Positions 37,153-47,111 are shown, numbered from the whole stretch's first letter. The stretch: 63,776 bases of DNA, filler included, from 7 parts of 7 records of this genome joined end to end with filler, not necessarily neighbours in it, one strand, 5' to 3'. The notes: generated from the letters alone by a model not told the origin. A program made the numbers and translations.

Positions 37153-37809
37153 CGACTTGCCGGCATTCGGGCGGCCGACGATGGCCACCCTGAGCGGCTT
37201 GGTCTCATCGTATTCGGGACCTTCGTCCTCGTCATCGGCGCCTTCGGGAATGGCGATATCGACATCGGTGACGGCTTCGGCGAGCGGATCGTTCTTGGGC
37301 GGAAAGCAGCGTTCCTCACCGAAGGCCGCGACGATGGCGTCGCGCAGGTCGAGCATGCCGCCGCCGTGCTCGGCGGAGATCGGACAGGGTTCGCCGAGAC
37401 CGAGCCTGAAGGCGTCATACATGCCCGATTCCGAGCCCTTGGACTCGGCCTTGTTGGCAACCAGCACCACCGGCTTGCCACGCTTTCTCAGGATATCGGC
37501 CAGCAATTCGTCGGCTGGCGTCAGCCCGGCCTTGGCGTCGATCAGGAACAGGGCGCCATCGGCCTCATCCATCGCCGCCTCGCTCTGGGCGCGCATGCGG
37601 CCTTCCAGCGTGTCGGGGCCGGCAACTTCCAGTCCGGCAGTGTCGATCATGCGGAACCTGAGATCGACCAGGCGCGCGTCACCGGGACGGCGATCGCGGG
37701 TCACGCCGGGCGTGTCGTCAACGAGCGCCAGCTTGCGGCCGGCGAGCCGGTTGAACAGCGTCGACTTGCCGACATTGGGGCGCCCGACAATGGCAAGGGT
37801 GATGGTCAT
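37153..37809 (-). CDS. der: Ribosome biogenesis GTPase Der, 5' part
   Basis: [31 protein letters not shown], then a second GRPNAGKS; cut by the contig edge. Confidence 0.96.
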
Positions 37810-37858
37810 GTTTGATCCTTGCCCGAGGGCGTCGTCATTGTCCGGGTTGGCCGCGCGG

Positions 37859-38530
37859 TCAGGATGCGCCGCCCCTGGCCGCGATCATGTCGAGCATGAG
37901 GGCAGCACGGGTCTTGACGCCGTTCGGCGCTTCGTTGTCGGCGGCGATATCGCCAAACCATTGCGAGGCCTGCTTGAGCTCTCCGGCGTTGTAGGCGGCA
38001 ATTCCGAGCGCCTCGCGCGCCGAATGACGGGCCGGATTGCCAGGCACCGCCAGCACTTCAGCCTCTGCGGAAACGTCGGCGTAGCTACCGTTGTCGATCA
38101 GCAGGTAGGCCGCGCGCAAACGCGCCGCATCGCGGATCGCCACGGGCTGGGAGACATCCTTGCCGATGGCGGAGAAAGCGGAGATCGCGGCGGCAGTGTC
38201 GCCCTTGTCGGCCAGAACCGTCGCCGCGCGCATTTTCGCCAGCACCGGATAGGAGCCATAGCCGGTCTTCTCGAGCTCCTGGAACTCCGCCAGCGCCGCA
38301 TCGGTGTTGCCGCTGCGGGCCTTTTCCAGGGCGGCGAGAAACACGTCGCCGGACCTGGCCGCGGTGGTTTCCTTCCAGTACTGCCAGCCGCGCAGACCGG
38401 CGGTGATCGCCACGATGCCGATCGCGACGGCGAGTATGACAAAGCGGAACCGCTTCCACAGCGCCTTCATGTAATCCGAACGCAGGTCCTCGTTGACCTC
38501 GCGGATGAATGTCGAATTGTCGTCGGTCAT
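37859..38530 (-). CDS. YfgM-like tetratricopeptide repeat membrane protein
   Basis: [18 protein letters not shown], a TM helix and a helical-repeat C-terminus; directly upstream of der. Confidence 0.85.
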   Translation of the reverse strand: MTDDNSTFIREVNEDLRSDYMKALWKRFRFVILAVAIGIVAITAGLRGWQYWKETTAARSGDVFLAALEKARSGNTDAALAEFQELEKTGYGSYPVLAKMRAATVLADKGDTAAAISAFSAIGKDVSQPVAIRDAARLRAAYLLIDNGSYADVSAEAEVLAVPGNPARHSAREALGIAAYNAGELKQASQWFGDIAADNEAPNGVKTRAALMLDMIAARGGAS

Positions 38531-38661
38531 CGCGTCACCGGCCGGAGCCGGCCCTCTCAAAATCGTGCCGCAAGCGGCGTTGTGTGGGGCCTTCTAGCCG
38601 ATTTTATGGCTTCTGTAAGGGGGTGCGGCGTCGAAAGCGTCCCAAGGCCCGGGCAAACCGG

Positions 38662-39249
38662 TCACATTCCGATGATCGGCGGCACCCCGATCAGCAATTT
38701 GTGCAGCACCACAACGAAGAGCACATAGAGGACAAGGCCGCCGACGACGGCAATGATATCCCATTTCAGCGGTCCGGCCACGGGGTTGCTGGTAAGGCCC
38801 GCCTGCAGGCGCTTCTTTTCCGAAATCCGGTCGACGACGGCCCAGGCGAGAAACCCGCCGAACAACAGCACCGAGGCCAGATCGCCATTGACCAGCAGAT
38901 GGGCCAGCGCCCAGATCTTCACGCCGAGCAGCATCGGATGCTTGACGGCGGCCTTGATGCGTCCGGCAGGCACTTGCGAGGCGACCAGAAGAATCATGAC
39001 CGGCAGCATCAACAGCGCCACGACATGACTCATCCAGGCCGGCGCCACAAAGAACACCACCGGATCCTGCCGCGCGATGCCATAGCCCCAGACGAGAATG
39101 ACGAAGCCCACGATCGAGATCACCGTGTATATGCCTTTCCAGGCATTCAGGCCGCGCTGATCGATCTGCGCCTGACGGAACTCAGGCGCAACGATGCGGA
39201 CCGAATGTATCCCCAAGAAAAGCACCAGTCCGAGTATCAGCCAGATCAT
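38662..39249 (-). CDS. NnrU family membrane protein
   Basis: LILGLVLFLGIHS and KHPMLLGVKIWALAHLLVNGD. Confidence 0.9.
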   Translation of the reverse strand: MIWLILGLVLFLGIHSVRIVAPEFRQAQIDQRGLNAWKGIYTVISIVGFVILVWGYGIARQDPVVFFVAPAWMSHVVALLMLPVMILLVASQVPAGRIKAAVKHPMLLGVKIWALAHLLVNGDLASVLLFGGFLAWAVVDRISEKKRLQAGLTSNPVAGPLKWDIIAVVGGLVLYVLFVVVLHKLLIGVPPIIGM

Positions 39250-39380
39250 TCCTGTCCTCCAATTCCGCGTTCGGGCATCTTCCACCCGCTTTCGCGCCGA
39301 CCATAGACCGTACGTGATTGTATTAGAAGCTTCAGGCTTCGGTATTTGTGTCGCGACCCGGTCTGGTTCAAGATGGGCCG

Positions 39381-39716
39381 ATGGAACCCGATCTCGTTGC
39401 CGCTCGCAGGCGGCTTGATGAAAGGAAGCGCGATCTCGATCGCATGTCGGCGCTGAGCCAGGAGGCCCGCGCCCCGGTGATGCTCGACCAGCAGTCGGTC
39501 GGCCGGCTGTCGCGGATGGACGCGATGCAACAGCAGGCAATGGCCGAGGCGCAGGAGCGGGCGCGCAAGCGCGATCTGGTGCGCATCGAGATGGCGGAAC
39601 GGCGGCTGGCGGAAGGCGACTATGGCTGGTGCGCGGATTGCGGCGAAGCCATTCCGGACAAGCGGCTGGAAATCGATCCTATGGCGGAGAAGTGCGTCCG
39701 CTGCGCGTCCGGCTAG
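39381..39716 (+). CDS. TraR/DksA C4 zinc-finger protein
   Basis: LDQQSVGRLSRMDAMQQQAM and YGWCADCGEAI..KRL...CVRC. Confidence 0.9.
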   Translation: MEPDLVAARRRLDERKRDLDRMSALSQEARAPVMLDQQSVGRLSRMDAMQQQAMAEAQERARKRDLVRIEMAERRLAEGDYGWCADCGEAIPDKRLEIDPMAEKCVRCASG

Positions 39717-39795
39717 GGTTTCCACACCCGCGCCTTATTTGCGCGGCACAAAACGGCGGAGTTTTCAGTCAAGCGTAACACGGGCCGCCAGCACC

Positions 39796-40812
39796 ATGAT
39801 TTCAGCCACAACCCTCCCTGCCCTTTCCAGAACGGCGAGGCTTGGTCGCCTGACCGCGTCCCTCTTAGCGGGGCTCGGTATGCTGGCAAGCACTGCTTCG
39901 CTGGCAGGCGAGAGTCCTGAACAACTGGTGCTGATCTCCTTTGATGGCGCCCACGACAACCGGCTGTGGGACCGCAGCCTCGCCATGGCGAACCGCAGCG
40001 GCGCCCGGTTCACCTATTTCCTGTCCTGCACCTTCCTGATGAGCAAGGCCGACCGCGGGTCCTACACCGCGCCGGGCCATTCTTCCGGACGCTCGAATGT
40101 CGGCTTTGCCCGGGACAAGGCCGATGTTTTCACCCGGCTCGGCCATATCTGGTCGGCCTACCAGTCCGGCCACGAGATCGGCAGCCATGGCTGCGGCCAT
40201 TTCGATGGAAAGGAGTGGGGCAAATCCGACTGGCTGAGCGAGTTCGACCAGTTCGACGCCGCTCTGGCCCATGCCTGGACGAACAACGGGGCCAAAGCGC
40301 CCTCCGGCTGGGCCCGGTTTGCCAGATCCGGCATCAGGGGATTTCGCGCGCCGTATCTGTCGACGGGCAACGGGCTTTTCGCGGCACTGGCGGCGCGCGG
40401 TTTCGCGTATGACGCCAGCACCGTGTCGAAAGGGCCCGCATCGCCCGGCTTCGATACGCCGACCGCGCGCTTTGCGCTGCCGCTGATTCCGGAGGGACCA
40501 CGGCAACGTCCGATCATCGCGATGGACTACAACCTGTTCGTCCGCCACTCCGCCGGCCTTGAGACTCCGTCGAAATCAAAGGAATTCGAGGATCGGGCAC
40601 TGGATGCGTTCCGCGCTGCCTTCGAGGCCGAGTATTCCGGTGAACGGCGGCCGCTGCAGCTGGGCTTTCATTTCGTCGAAATGAACGGCGGCGCTTACTG
40701 GAACGCGCTCGGGCGCTTCGTCGAGGAGACCTGCGGCCAGCCGAATGTCGCCTGCGTGACCTATGAGGAAGCCGTGCGGAGGCTGAGGCCGGAGGACGGA
40801 TCGGCGAGCTGA
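39796..40812 (+). CDS. Secreted polysaccharide deacetylase (CE4/NodB-like)
   Basis: Signal-like N-terminus; ISFDG, HEIGSH..GH, GFRAPYL and YDAS motifs. Confidence 0.85.
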   Translation: MISATTLPALSRTARLGRLTASLLAGLGMLASTASLAGESPEQLVLISFDGAHDNRLWDRSLAMANRSGARFTYFLSCTFLMSKADRGSYTAPGHSSGRSNVGFARDKADVFTRLGHIWSAYQSGHEIGSHGCGHFDGKEWGKSDWLSEFDQFDAALAHAWTNNGAKAPSGWARFARSGIRGFRAPYLSTGNGLFAALAARGFAYDASTVSKGPASPGFDTPTARFALPLIPEGPRQRPIIAMDYNLFVRHSAGLETPSKSKEFEDRALDAFRAAFEAEYSGERRPLQLGFHFVEMNGGAYWNALGRFVEETCGQPNVACVTYEEAVRRLRPEDGSAS

Positions 40813-40813
40813 T

Positions 40814-40842
40814 CTAGAGCCGATCATCTTTAGATGGAATCG
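40814..40842. repeat. Start of a probable Rhizobiales CTAGAGC-type intergenic repeat
   Basis: CTAGAGC...GATGGAATCG right after a stop codon and at the contig break. Confidence 0.35.
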
Positions 40843-40942
40843 NNNNNNNNNNNNNNNNNNNNNNNNNNNNNNNNNNNNNNNNNNNNTTAATTAATTAANN
40901 NNNNNNNNNNNNNNNNNNNNNNNNNNNNNNNNNNNNNNNNNN
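40843..40942. other. Artificial contig linker
   Basis: N-run, TTAATTAATTAA, N-run. Confidence 0.98.
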
Positions 40943-40948
40943 AGGCAG

Positions 40949-41419
40949 TCACACCGGACGCTTACCGACCAGGATCACGGCGAGATACAACCACCCTTCG
41001 CGTGTCCAGACATAGCTAATGTCGCCTGCCCACTTTTGATTGGGCCTATCTGCTCTGAAGTTTCGATCCAGAAGGTTCGGCGCGATGTTGAACTTGTGAT
41101 TGCTATCTGTCGTCACCTTGTATTTGCGGGTTCTGACGACCGATATACCGTTCTGGCGCATCAGCCTGCCCACGCGACGGAGTCCTACGTCCAGACCGAT
41201 CTCTTTCAGCTCTTCGGTCATGCGTGGCCTGCCATAGCTGCCCAGGCTGAGACGTGATTGTTCCTTGATGTGCGCCAACGTCACCATATCAGATCGCTGC
41301 CTGAGACTGGCAGGGCGGCTGCGGAATGCCCGCAAACCACGTGGACTGACATCCATGGCCCCGCACAGACGGTTCGTCTGGAATGACCCATGGTGTTGTT
41401 CTATGAACCTGAACCTCAT
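40949..41419 (-). pseudogene. IS3 transposase OrfB fragment
   Basis: YGRPRM, APNLLDRNF and NQKWAGDISYVWTREGWLYLAVIL, then homology is lost before the rest of the DDE domain. Confidence 0.85.
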
Positions 41420-41752
41420 GGCTTTTGGCCCGCGAAGAACTACGTTGCTTTTTTTGGGATCTCCCTCTCCTCCCGCAGAATGCGGTTCTCACGTCGAAGC
41501 CTGTCATTCTCCTGAGCAAGGCTCAAATCCTCTGTCGATACCACGTCAGTGTCACGGTGTGCCGTGATCCACTTGTTCAGCGTCGACATGCCAGCCCAGA
41601 TCAGCAGCCACCTGTTTGCGCGTCAGCCCACTGGTCAGGGCGATACGCACTGCATCCTTACGAAATTCATCCGTCCGTTTCTGTTCCATAGTTCATCTCC
41701 TTCGTTGCAATTATTGCTATCAAAGGAGCGGCACAAAACCGTGACAGGTCCA
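40970..41752 (-). mobile_element. Truncated, decayed IS3-family element
   Basis: Left IR TGGACCTGTCACGGTTTTGTGCC (minus strand from 41752), orfA and a partial orfB; no right end seen. Confidence 0.85.
41416..41689 (-). pseudogene. IS3 transposase OrfA, frameshifted
   Basis: MEQKRTDEFRKDAVRIALTSGLTRKQVAADLG; frame change near 41592 into GMSTLNKWITAHR...LRRENRILREERE; premature TAG at 41440-41442. Confidence 0.8.
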
Positions 41753-41807
41753 GTCCAGCTGCCAGACGGTTGTGGCGGGAAGTACTGGAACCGAGAGCGA
41801 TGAAGAC

Positions 41808-42980
41808 ATGACAGGCGATCTGATGGGCGATCCCGAGACGAACACAGAAGCCGCGACAGCAAGGGTCAGTTGGTGGCGACGCGGCGCAGAGATCGCTGTC
41901 GCCAACTGGCCTGTTCCATGGCCGATGGCGAATGGAATCCTGCTGATCCTGTTGGTCGGATTGCTGGTGCCACTGGTGCCGGATGCGATCTCGACCCTGA
42001 CCCAAGCAATCGGCGTGGGCTGGGTCTGGCTCGGGACCGCTTCCGATGGGATGGGTATCACGAACGGCGAGCGCATTCGCAACCTTGCTCTCTCGTTTGC
42101 CGGCCCGTTGGGAGTTATCGCAATCTGGCTGGCATGGCGACGCACCAACGACGGGCGAGAGCAAACCAAGACGCAGGCGGAGCAGTTGCGGGTTCAGGGC
42201 GCACAGGTGCGCATACAGATGAGACAGCTTGATGGCTTGGAGAGCCGACAATATGAGGATCGCTATCAAAGAGCGATCGATCTGCTCGGCAGCACGCAGG
42301 AGAATAGCCAGCTTGCCGGAATCACGCAGCTCGACCGCATTCGCTACGACCGGCCCGCCGAATACGATGAGATGGTCCTGGACCTTTTCTGCGACCTTGT
42401 TTCGGAAAAATTGCGCTTCACCGAAAGTGCAGATACGCGGGAACTGTACAAGGCTGATTATGATTCTGGTTTCAATCCAAGGGTAAATGCCCGCATTGGC
42501 AACCTGTTGCTTGGCGACAGCCTTGTCAGGCAGCCAGGCCAGTATGTCTCGCTGCGATTATCGAGGACCCGCTTGGGGCATCTGGGGGACATCGGACAGG
42601 GACGGCCAAAGGACGAAACCGAATGGAGAATAGATTTCAACCAATGCCATATCGAAAGCGTTGATTTGCTCCCCCGAAATGCGCAGTCGATCAATTTCAA
42701 AAAGTGTCAAATAGACAAGATTGAGCTGTATTGCGAAGAACCAGATGACGTAATGCCGATTGTTTTTCGGCATTGTGTATTTGCGGATATACGAATTTAT
42801 GGTGGATTCAGCAGAATGTTGTCTGCCAGAAATTTCAAAAAACAGTACGGGTTCTTCAATTGCAGACTGGATAATGGAGGGGATGTAACTGGACTCAGCA
42901 TCCTCGATTTTGCATCCAGGGAAGGGAACGACGCCCGTCTTTGGGGTTATCGAGACGATAGAAATCCCGATGTTGATTGA
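41808..42980 (+). CDS. Membrane-anchored hypothetical protein with a pentapeptide-repeat-like C-terminus
   Basis: N-terminal TM helices, a coiled coil, RYQRAIDLLGS...LAGITQLDRI, then repeats such as IDFNQCHI, INFKKCQI and IVFRHCVF. Confidence 0.7.
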   Translation: MTGDLMGDPETNTEAATARVSWWRRGAEIAVANWPVPWPMANGILLILLVGLLVPLVPDAISTLTQAIGVGWVWLGTASDGMGITNGERIRNLALSFAGPLGVIAIWLAWRRTNDGREQTKTQAEQLRVQGAQVRIQMRQLDGLESRQYEDRYQRAIDLLGSTQENSQLAGITQLDRIRYDRPAEYDEMVLDLFCDLVSEKLRFTESADTRELYKADYDSGFNPRVNARIGNLLLGDSLVRQPGQYVSLRLSRTRLGHLGDIGQGRPKDETEWRIDFNQCHIESVDLLPRNAQSINFKKCQIDKIELYCEEPDDVMPIVFRHCVFADIRIYGGFSRMLSARNFKKQYGFFNCRLDNGGDVTGLSILDFASREGNDARLWGYRDDRNPDVD

Positions 42981-43138
42981 GCATTGAGGATGATTATGGA
43001 TCTTCAACGGCCAACAGGCTGCGCCAGCTATCGATCCGATGCGACTGAAGTCATCTTCGCAACCTTGCTTTTCGCCCTGCGGGTAATGGCTGATGCCCAG
43101 AAGACTGTCACCGGTCAGGGCGATGGGCCGGGACAAGT

Positions 43139-43369
43139 TCACCACCCCCGCCTGCCATTGGTCGCGGCCCCGACGAACGGGCCGACATAGCTGGGGTCCG
43201 CGCCCCCATCGTCACCCTGCCGCCGACACAGGCTGCACATCCGGTGATGCGGCCCGTCGGACCGGAACGCCCGGCGACAGCGCATGCAGGCACGCTCCAT
43301 CCCCGTGCTCTCGGCGCGCTTGCGCCGGTCATGCTTCTTCATGTGCAGGGCGCCACGGGTGATGGCCAT
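43139..43369 (-). CDS. Small phage zinc-finger protein
   Basis: AGGAGG RBS; RACMRCRRAFRSDGPHHRMCSLC (CxxC..CxxC); coupled to the upstream ORF. Confidence 0.7.
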   Translation of the reverse strand: MAITRGALHMKKHDRRKRAESTGMERACMRCRRAFRSDGPHHRMCSLCRRQGDDGGADPSYVGPFVGAATNGRRGW

Positions 43370-43593
43370 CAAGTCCTCCTGAACAGGTCTGTGGTGGGGG
43401 TGGCGGCTGGTATGGGCTGCGCCGCGGCCTTTTCTGCGGCGATGCGTTCCCGCCAATGCGGGTGGCAGTACCAGCGATCGGTGATCAGGTCGTGACTGGG
43501 GGCGGCGGCGGTAAAGCCGAACATGGCGTGCCCGCCACAGACATCGCAGGTGGGGACCGGTCGTCCGGCCGCGCAAAGGTGGGCCGGGCTCAT
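43369..43593 (-). CDS. Small phage Cys/His protein
   Basis: CDVCGGHAMFGF...WYCHPH; ATGA overlap with the CII-like gene. Confidence 0.65.
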   Translation of the reverse strand: MSPAHLCAAGRPVPTCDVCGGHAMFGFTAAAPSHDLITDRWYCHPHWRERIAAEKAAAQPIPAATPTTDLFRRT

Positions 43594-44084
43594 TCCTCGT
43601 CCCCCGCCATCAGCTCGGCCAGGCCGGCATCGATGCTGGCCAGCGATTCCATGGTGCGCCGCACGTCATCGCGCAGGGCCAGGTCGCGCACCTCGTCCGC
43701 CGTGACGGTGCCGTCGGCCAGGGCAACCCCGATATCGCCGATCACGTCCCCCGCCGCATTCGCCATCCGCCCCAGCGCCACGGCGTCCAGCGGCACCGGC
43801 AGAACGGTGGGCCGGGGGATCAGCACGTACCCCTGCGCCGCGGCCAGGTGGCGCGTCACCGCGGGCACGGCGGCGGCCGTTTCCAGGTCCGCGATCACGT
43901 CGATCGGCGCATGCATCGCCTCGTGCGGCCGGCCATAGCGACCCAGCCGCTGGTGATCCACGCGGGTCAGGCTCGCCGCGGCCTCCTGCCCGCCGAGGTC
44001 GCGCACCATGCCGCGCACCGCCGCCTTCAGGCTGCGATAGACATGCGCCGGATGGGTCCGGGCGGTGACGGGGCGGGCGGTCAT
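43590..44084 (-). CDS. Phage regulatory CII-like protein
   Basis: LKAAVRGMVRDLGGQEAAA, PIDVIADLE and ALADGTVTADE; directly after cro. Confidence 0.75.
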   Translation of the reverse strand: MTARPVTARTHPAHVYRSLKAAVRGMVRDLGGQEAAASLTRVDHQRLGRYGRPHEAMHAPIDVIADLETAAAVPAVTRHLAAAQGYVLIPRPTVLPVPLDAVALGRMANAAGDVIGDIGVALADGTVTADEVRDLALRDDVRRTMESLASIDAGLAELMAGDEE

Positions 44085-44452
44085 GCGCAATTCTCCCGCG
44101 TTTGCGCAATGCGGGATCCGGGCGTGGCGGGCAAGCTGTCGCCATGATCAACAGCGCCGGACATCACCCGCCCGAGATCCTCCGCCCCGGCAGAAGCACC
44201 CCCGGCATGGGCCGCCCCGGCACGGGCCAGGTCGTCCGGGTCATACCCATGCGCCATGAAATGGGCCTGGAACCGGTCGTAGGATCGGGAATGGATGCCT
44301 CGGCGGCCGTCGCGCAGCCGGGTGAAGTAGGCCCGGTCGCCCAGCACTTCGCGCGCCAGGTCGGGCAGGCTCTGGCCATCATCGCGGCGGCGCAGGAATT
44401 CCTCTGCGGCGGCCAGCAGCCGGGTCGGCAGGTGTGTGTCGATTGCGCTCAT
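44081..44452 (-). CDS. Cro-like phage regulator
   Basis: LAREVLGDRAYFTRLRDGR HTH-like segment; divergent from the repressor. Confidence 0.7.
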   Translation of the reverse strand: MSAIDTHLPTRLLAAAEEFLRRRDDGQSLPDLAREVLGDRAYFTRLRDGRRGIHSRSYDRFQAHFMAHGYDPDDLARAGAAHAGGASAGAEDLGRVMSGAVDHGDSLPATPGSRIAQTRENCA

Positions 44453-44463
44453 GCAGTGAGAAT

Positions 44464-44537
44464 GTTGGCGAATTCTCACATTATCAATTAGCAAAATCTC
44501 ATTATTTTTGCCGCAGAGCGTGTGAGATAATTTTCAC
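44464..44537. promoter_or_regulatory. Lysis/lysogeny switch with three related 16-bp operators
   Basis: GTTGGCGAATTCTCAC (44464), ATTAGCAAAATCTCAT (44487) and GTGAGATAATTTTCAC (44522) in an AT-rich gap between divergent regulators. Confidence 0.6.
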
Positions 44538-44937
44538 ATGACACCAATAGCCGAACGAATTCAGCAACGTATGGATGCCCTGGGCACGAATGGCCGCGCG
44601 GTTGCGCTGGCCATCGGCACCAACAACAATGTGGTCTATGACATCCTGAAGGGCAGGGTGAAGAACCCGCGCATGGATACGCTGGAAAAGCTGGCCGGTG
44701 TGCTCAGGACGACGCCGGAATGGCTGTCCGCCGGACACGGACCGGAAGAGGTCATCGACGGCCGCAGGCCCGATGTCGCGGTCTCAGCCCGCACGGCGGG
44801 GACGCCGGCAAGGCCCGGGCCCCAGGCCAACGTGGATGCGGAAAGCATGCGCACCGACGGCCTGGTCGGGCCGCGCGACTTCCCGATCTATTCCAGCGCC
44901 CAGGGCGGCGCGACTGGCATGGTGTTGAGCTATGAAC
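44538..44937 (+). CDS. CI-like phage repressor (HTH plus probable start of an S24 domain), 3' truncated
   Basis: IAERIQQRMDALG..GRAVALAIG...VYDILKGRVKNPRMDTLEKLAGVLRTTPEWL; RDFPIYSSAQGG at the contig end. Confidence 0.85.
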
Positions 44938-45037
44938 NNNNNNNNNNNNNNNNNNNNNNNNNNNNNNNNNNNNNNNNNNNNTTAATTAATTAANNNNNNN
45001 NNNNNNNNNNNNNNNNNNNNNNNNNNNNNNNNNNNNN
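44938..45037. other. Artificial contig linker
   Basis: N-run, TTAATTAATTAA, N-run. Confidence 0.98.
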
Positions 45038-45786
45038 TAGCAGCCGGCGTTCCAGAGGTTCAGGAAGCAGATCACGTCCTGCGTGTTGATGCTGGAATCG
45101 TCGTTGCAGTCCGCGGTCGAGTCCCTTGCGTTCCAGGCGTTCAGGAAAGCGATCACGTCCTGCGTGTTCACGCTGGAGTCGCCGTTGAAGTCGGCGTAGC
45201 AGGAGGGCTCATCGAGGTCCAGGCTGGCCTTGTCGAAGAACATGGCGCCGGGCGCGCCGAAGGGGAACTCGTCGGTAGCGAACTGGATGAAGAGCACGAA
45301 GAAGTCGACGCTGACGGTGCCGGCCGGTGCCGTGGCGGTGATCGAGTCCTCGATCCACTGATCGAGCGGGGAGTTCGCGTCGAGCACGGTCTTGGCGTCG
45401 GCCAGGATCTCGGCGCCGTTGGCGTCGCGCCAGCTGAGGATGAGCAGCGCGATGTTGTCGCCGGCCATGGCGTCGTCGCTGCGGTGCAGCACGTTGATGG
45501 TGGCGGTGTAGGTGTCGCCCTCGCTGGCCGCCACACTCTGGAAGACACCAGAGTCGCTCTGCTGCTGACCGTCGAAGTTGCCAAAGATCTTGCCGCACCC
45601 GGTGCCGTCGAGCGGCGGCTGGTAGTTGGGGTCTTCGACCAAGAAGATGTTGCCGCCGAACTGGTCCCAGTTCTCGAAGGTGGTCTGGAAGCCCGGATCG
45701 TCAAAGCTCGGGTTGAGCAGTTGTGCGGAACTCATGCTGGCGAGCGTGCAGACAAGAGCGGCGGGCGCGGCTGCGGTGCGGAACAT
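45038..45786 (-). CDS. Secreted protein with a CBM-like domain and a C-terminal GC-type dockerin-like anchor
   Basis: Signal peptide; LLNPSFD...FFD beta-sandwich pattern; ends CYADFNGDSSVNTQDVIAFLNAW...ADCNDDSSINTQDVICFLNLWNAGC; last base of the stop is in the linker. Confidence 0.85.
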
Positions 45787-46379
45787 GTGGGTCTCCTCGG
45801 TCGGTGGTTATCGGGTCTGATTCGCTGTGCCTCATGGCGCCAGCATTACTGGAATTGTTTCGGTAGCGTAACGGAATCCGGTGTCTCTGCAAACCGGGTT
45901 GGGCATTTTCTCGCGTTTTTTCCCTGAAACGACCCTGCTCCGCTCGGTCTGTCCCATGCGGTGAATGCTGCAATCGTTCCAGAAAGCCCGCTTGCGGCGA
46001 TCTTTGGGGCGGGTGGAGACCGCCTGCCGCGGCATCGGCCTCGCAAAACCAGTGATAGTACTGGTATACTCCGAGATACAAGTGATTGCATTGGCTCAGG
46101 TGGCTCGGCCCCGGAACAGGTGATGAGGACAGATCGCGGAGGCGGAGGGTGCGCCATCGCCCGCAGCCTCCCGCCGAGCGTTCGCCGACATCCTCGGTAG
46201 CGATGCAGTGCCGGGAAACTTCACGATCACCCGCTCCGCCCGTGGCGGGCCTCGGGATTCAGGCGGGCCGGCCCCAGTCCGGCCCCGTCGGCTACGCGTG
46301 CTCGGCGGCCGGTCCCGTCCACGGGCGTCGTGCCGGGTATTCAGCCACGTAGAATTGTCCGGGGACATGGAGCAAGACA

Positions 46380-46949
46380 ATGGCAGAAACGCAGCAGAAG
46401 AGTCCGGTCACGAACCTCGCGCCGGACGAAGTCTCTCGATGGCTCGATGACGGCGGTGCCGTGCTGGTCGATGTCCGTGAGCCATTCGAGCACGCCGAGG
46501 AGCGCATCGCCGACGCCAAGCACGCGCCGCTCTCGAAGTTCGATCCCGATGCGGTGCGGGCGGCCCACCCAGACTCGAAGGTGGTGTTCCACTGCCGCTC
46601 GGGCAAGCGTTCGGCCGACGCGGCCAGCCGCTTTGCTCGCGATGGTGAGACCACGTATCACCTCGCGGGCGGCATCGAGGCGTGGAAGGCCGCGGGCCAT
46701 CCCACGGTGCGTCCGGCCAAGGCCGCCCGGATCCCGGTCATGCGCCAGGTGCAGATCGCCGCCGGATCGCTCGTGACCCTCGGCGTGGTGCTCGGGCTTC
46801 TGGTCTCCCCCTGGTTCCTTGCGTTGTCCGCGTTTGTCGGCTGCGGGCTGATGTTCGCGGGGGCGACGGGCTGGTGCGGCATGGCGCTCTTCCTGGGCAA
46901 GATGCCGTGGAACCGCGTGAGCGCCTCAGGAGCGTCCTGCGCCGCGTAG
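46380..46949 (+). CDS. Rhodanese plus DUF2892 membrane protein (YgaP-like)
   Basis: LVDVREP, FHCRSGKRS, LAGGIEAW, RQVQIAAG and GATGWCGM..L.KMPWN. Confidence 0.9.
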   Translation: MAETQQKSPVTNLAPDEVSRWLDDGGAVLVDVREPFEHAEERIADAKHAPLSKFDPDAVRAAHPDSKVVFHCRSGKRSADAASRFARDGETTYHLAGGIEAWKAAGHPTVRPAKAARIPVMRQVQIAAGSLVTLGVVLGLLVSPWFLALSAFVGCGLMFAGATGWCGMALFLGKMPWNRVSASGASCAA

Positions 46950-47111
46950 CGGTTCGCGTTCGCGCCGTGTCTGTCCTGCTCGTGAGGCGCCCGCAAAAGG
47001 CACCGGCCGCGCCGAACTCTGAGAGTCCGGCGCAGCCGGAGGGGTGGGGTTGGACTACAGGTCCGCGGCGTTGTTTCGGCCGCGATGGTGACCGCGGCCG
47101 TGCGGCCCGGC

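Larger units (their letters stand above)
43139..44937. mobile_element. Lambdoid prophage immunity/early region
   Basis: Divergent cI / cro-cII followed by small translationally coupled ORFs. Confidence 0.8.

Noticed and set aside
37809..37859. No bamB between the YfgM-like gene and der
   Set aside because: I believe this arrangement is common in Rhizobiales, so it is not evidence of anything new.
37157..38728. 523-aa plus-strand ORF
   Set aside because: Antisense shadow of der and the YfgM-like gene in high-GC DNA; no motifs.
46048..46065. ACCAGT-N6-ACTGGT palindrome in a long intergenic region
   Set aside because: Short, far from both start codons and with no cognate regulator in view.
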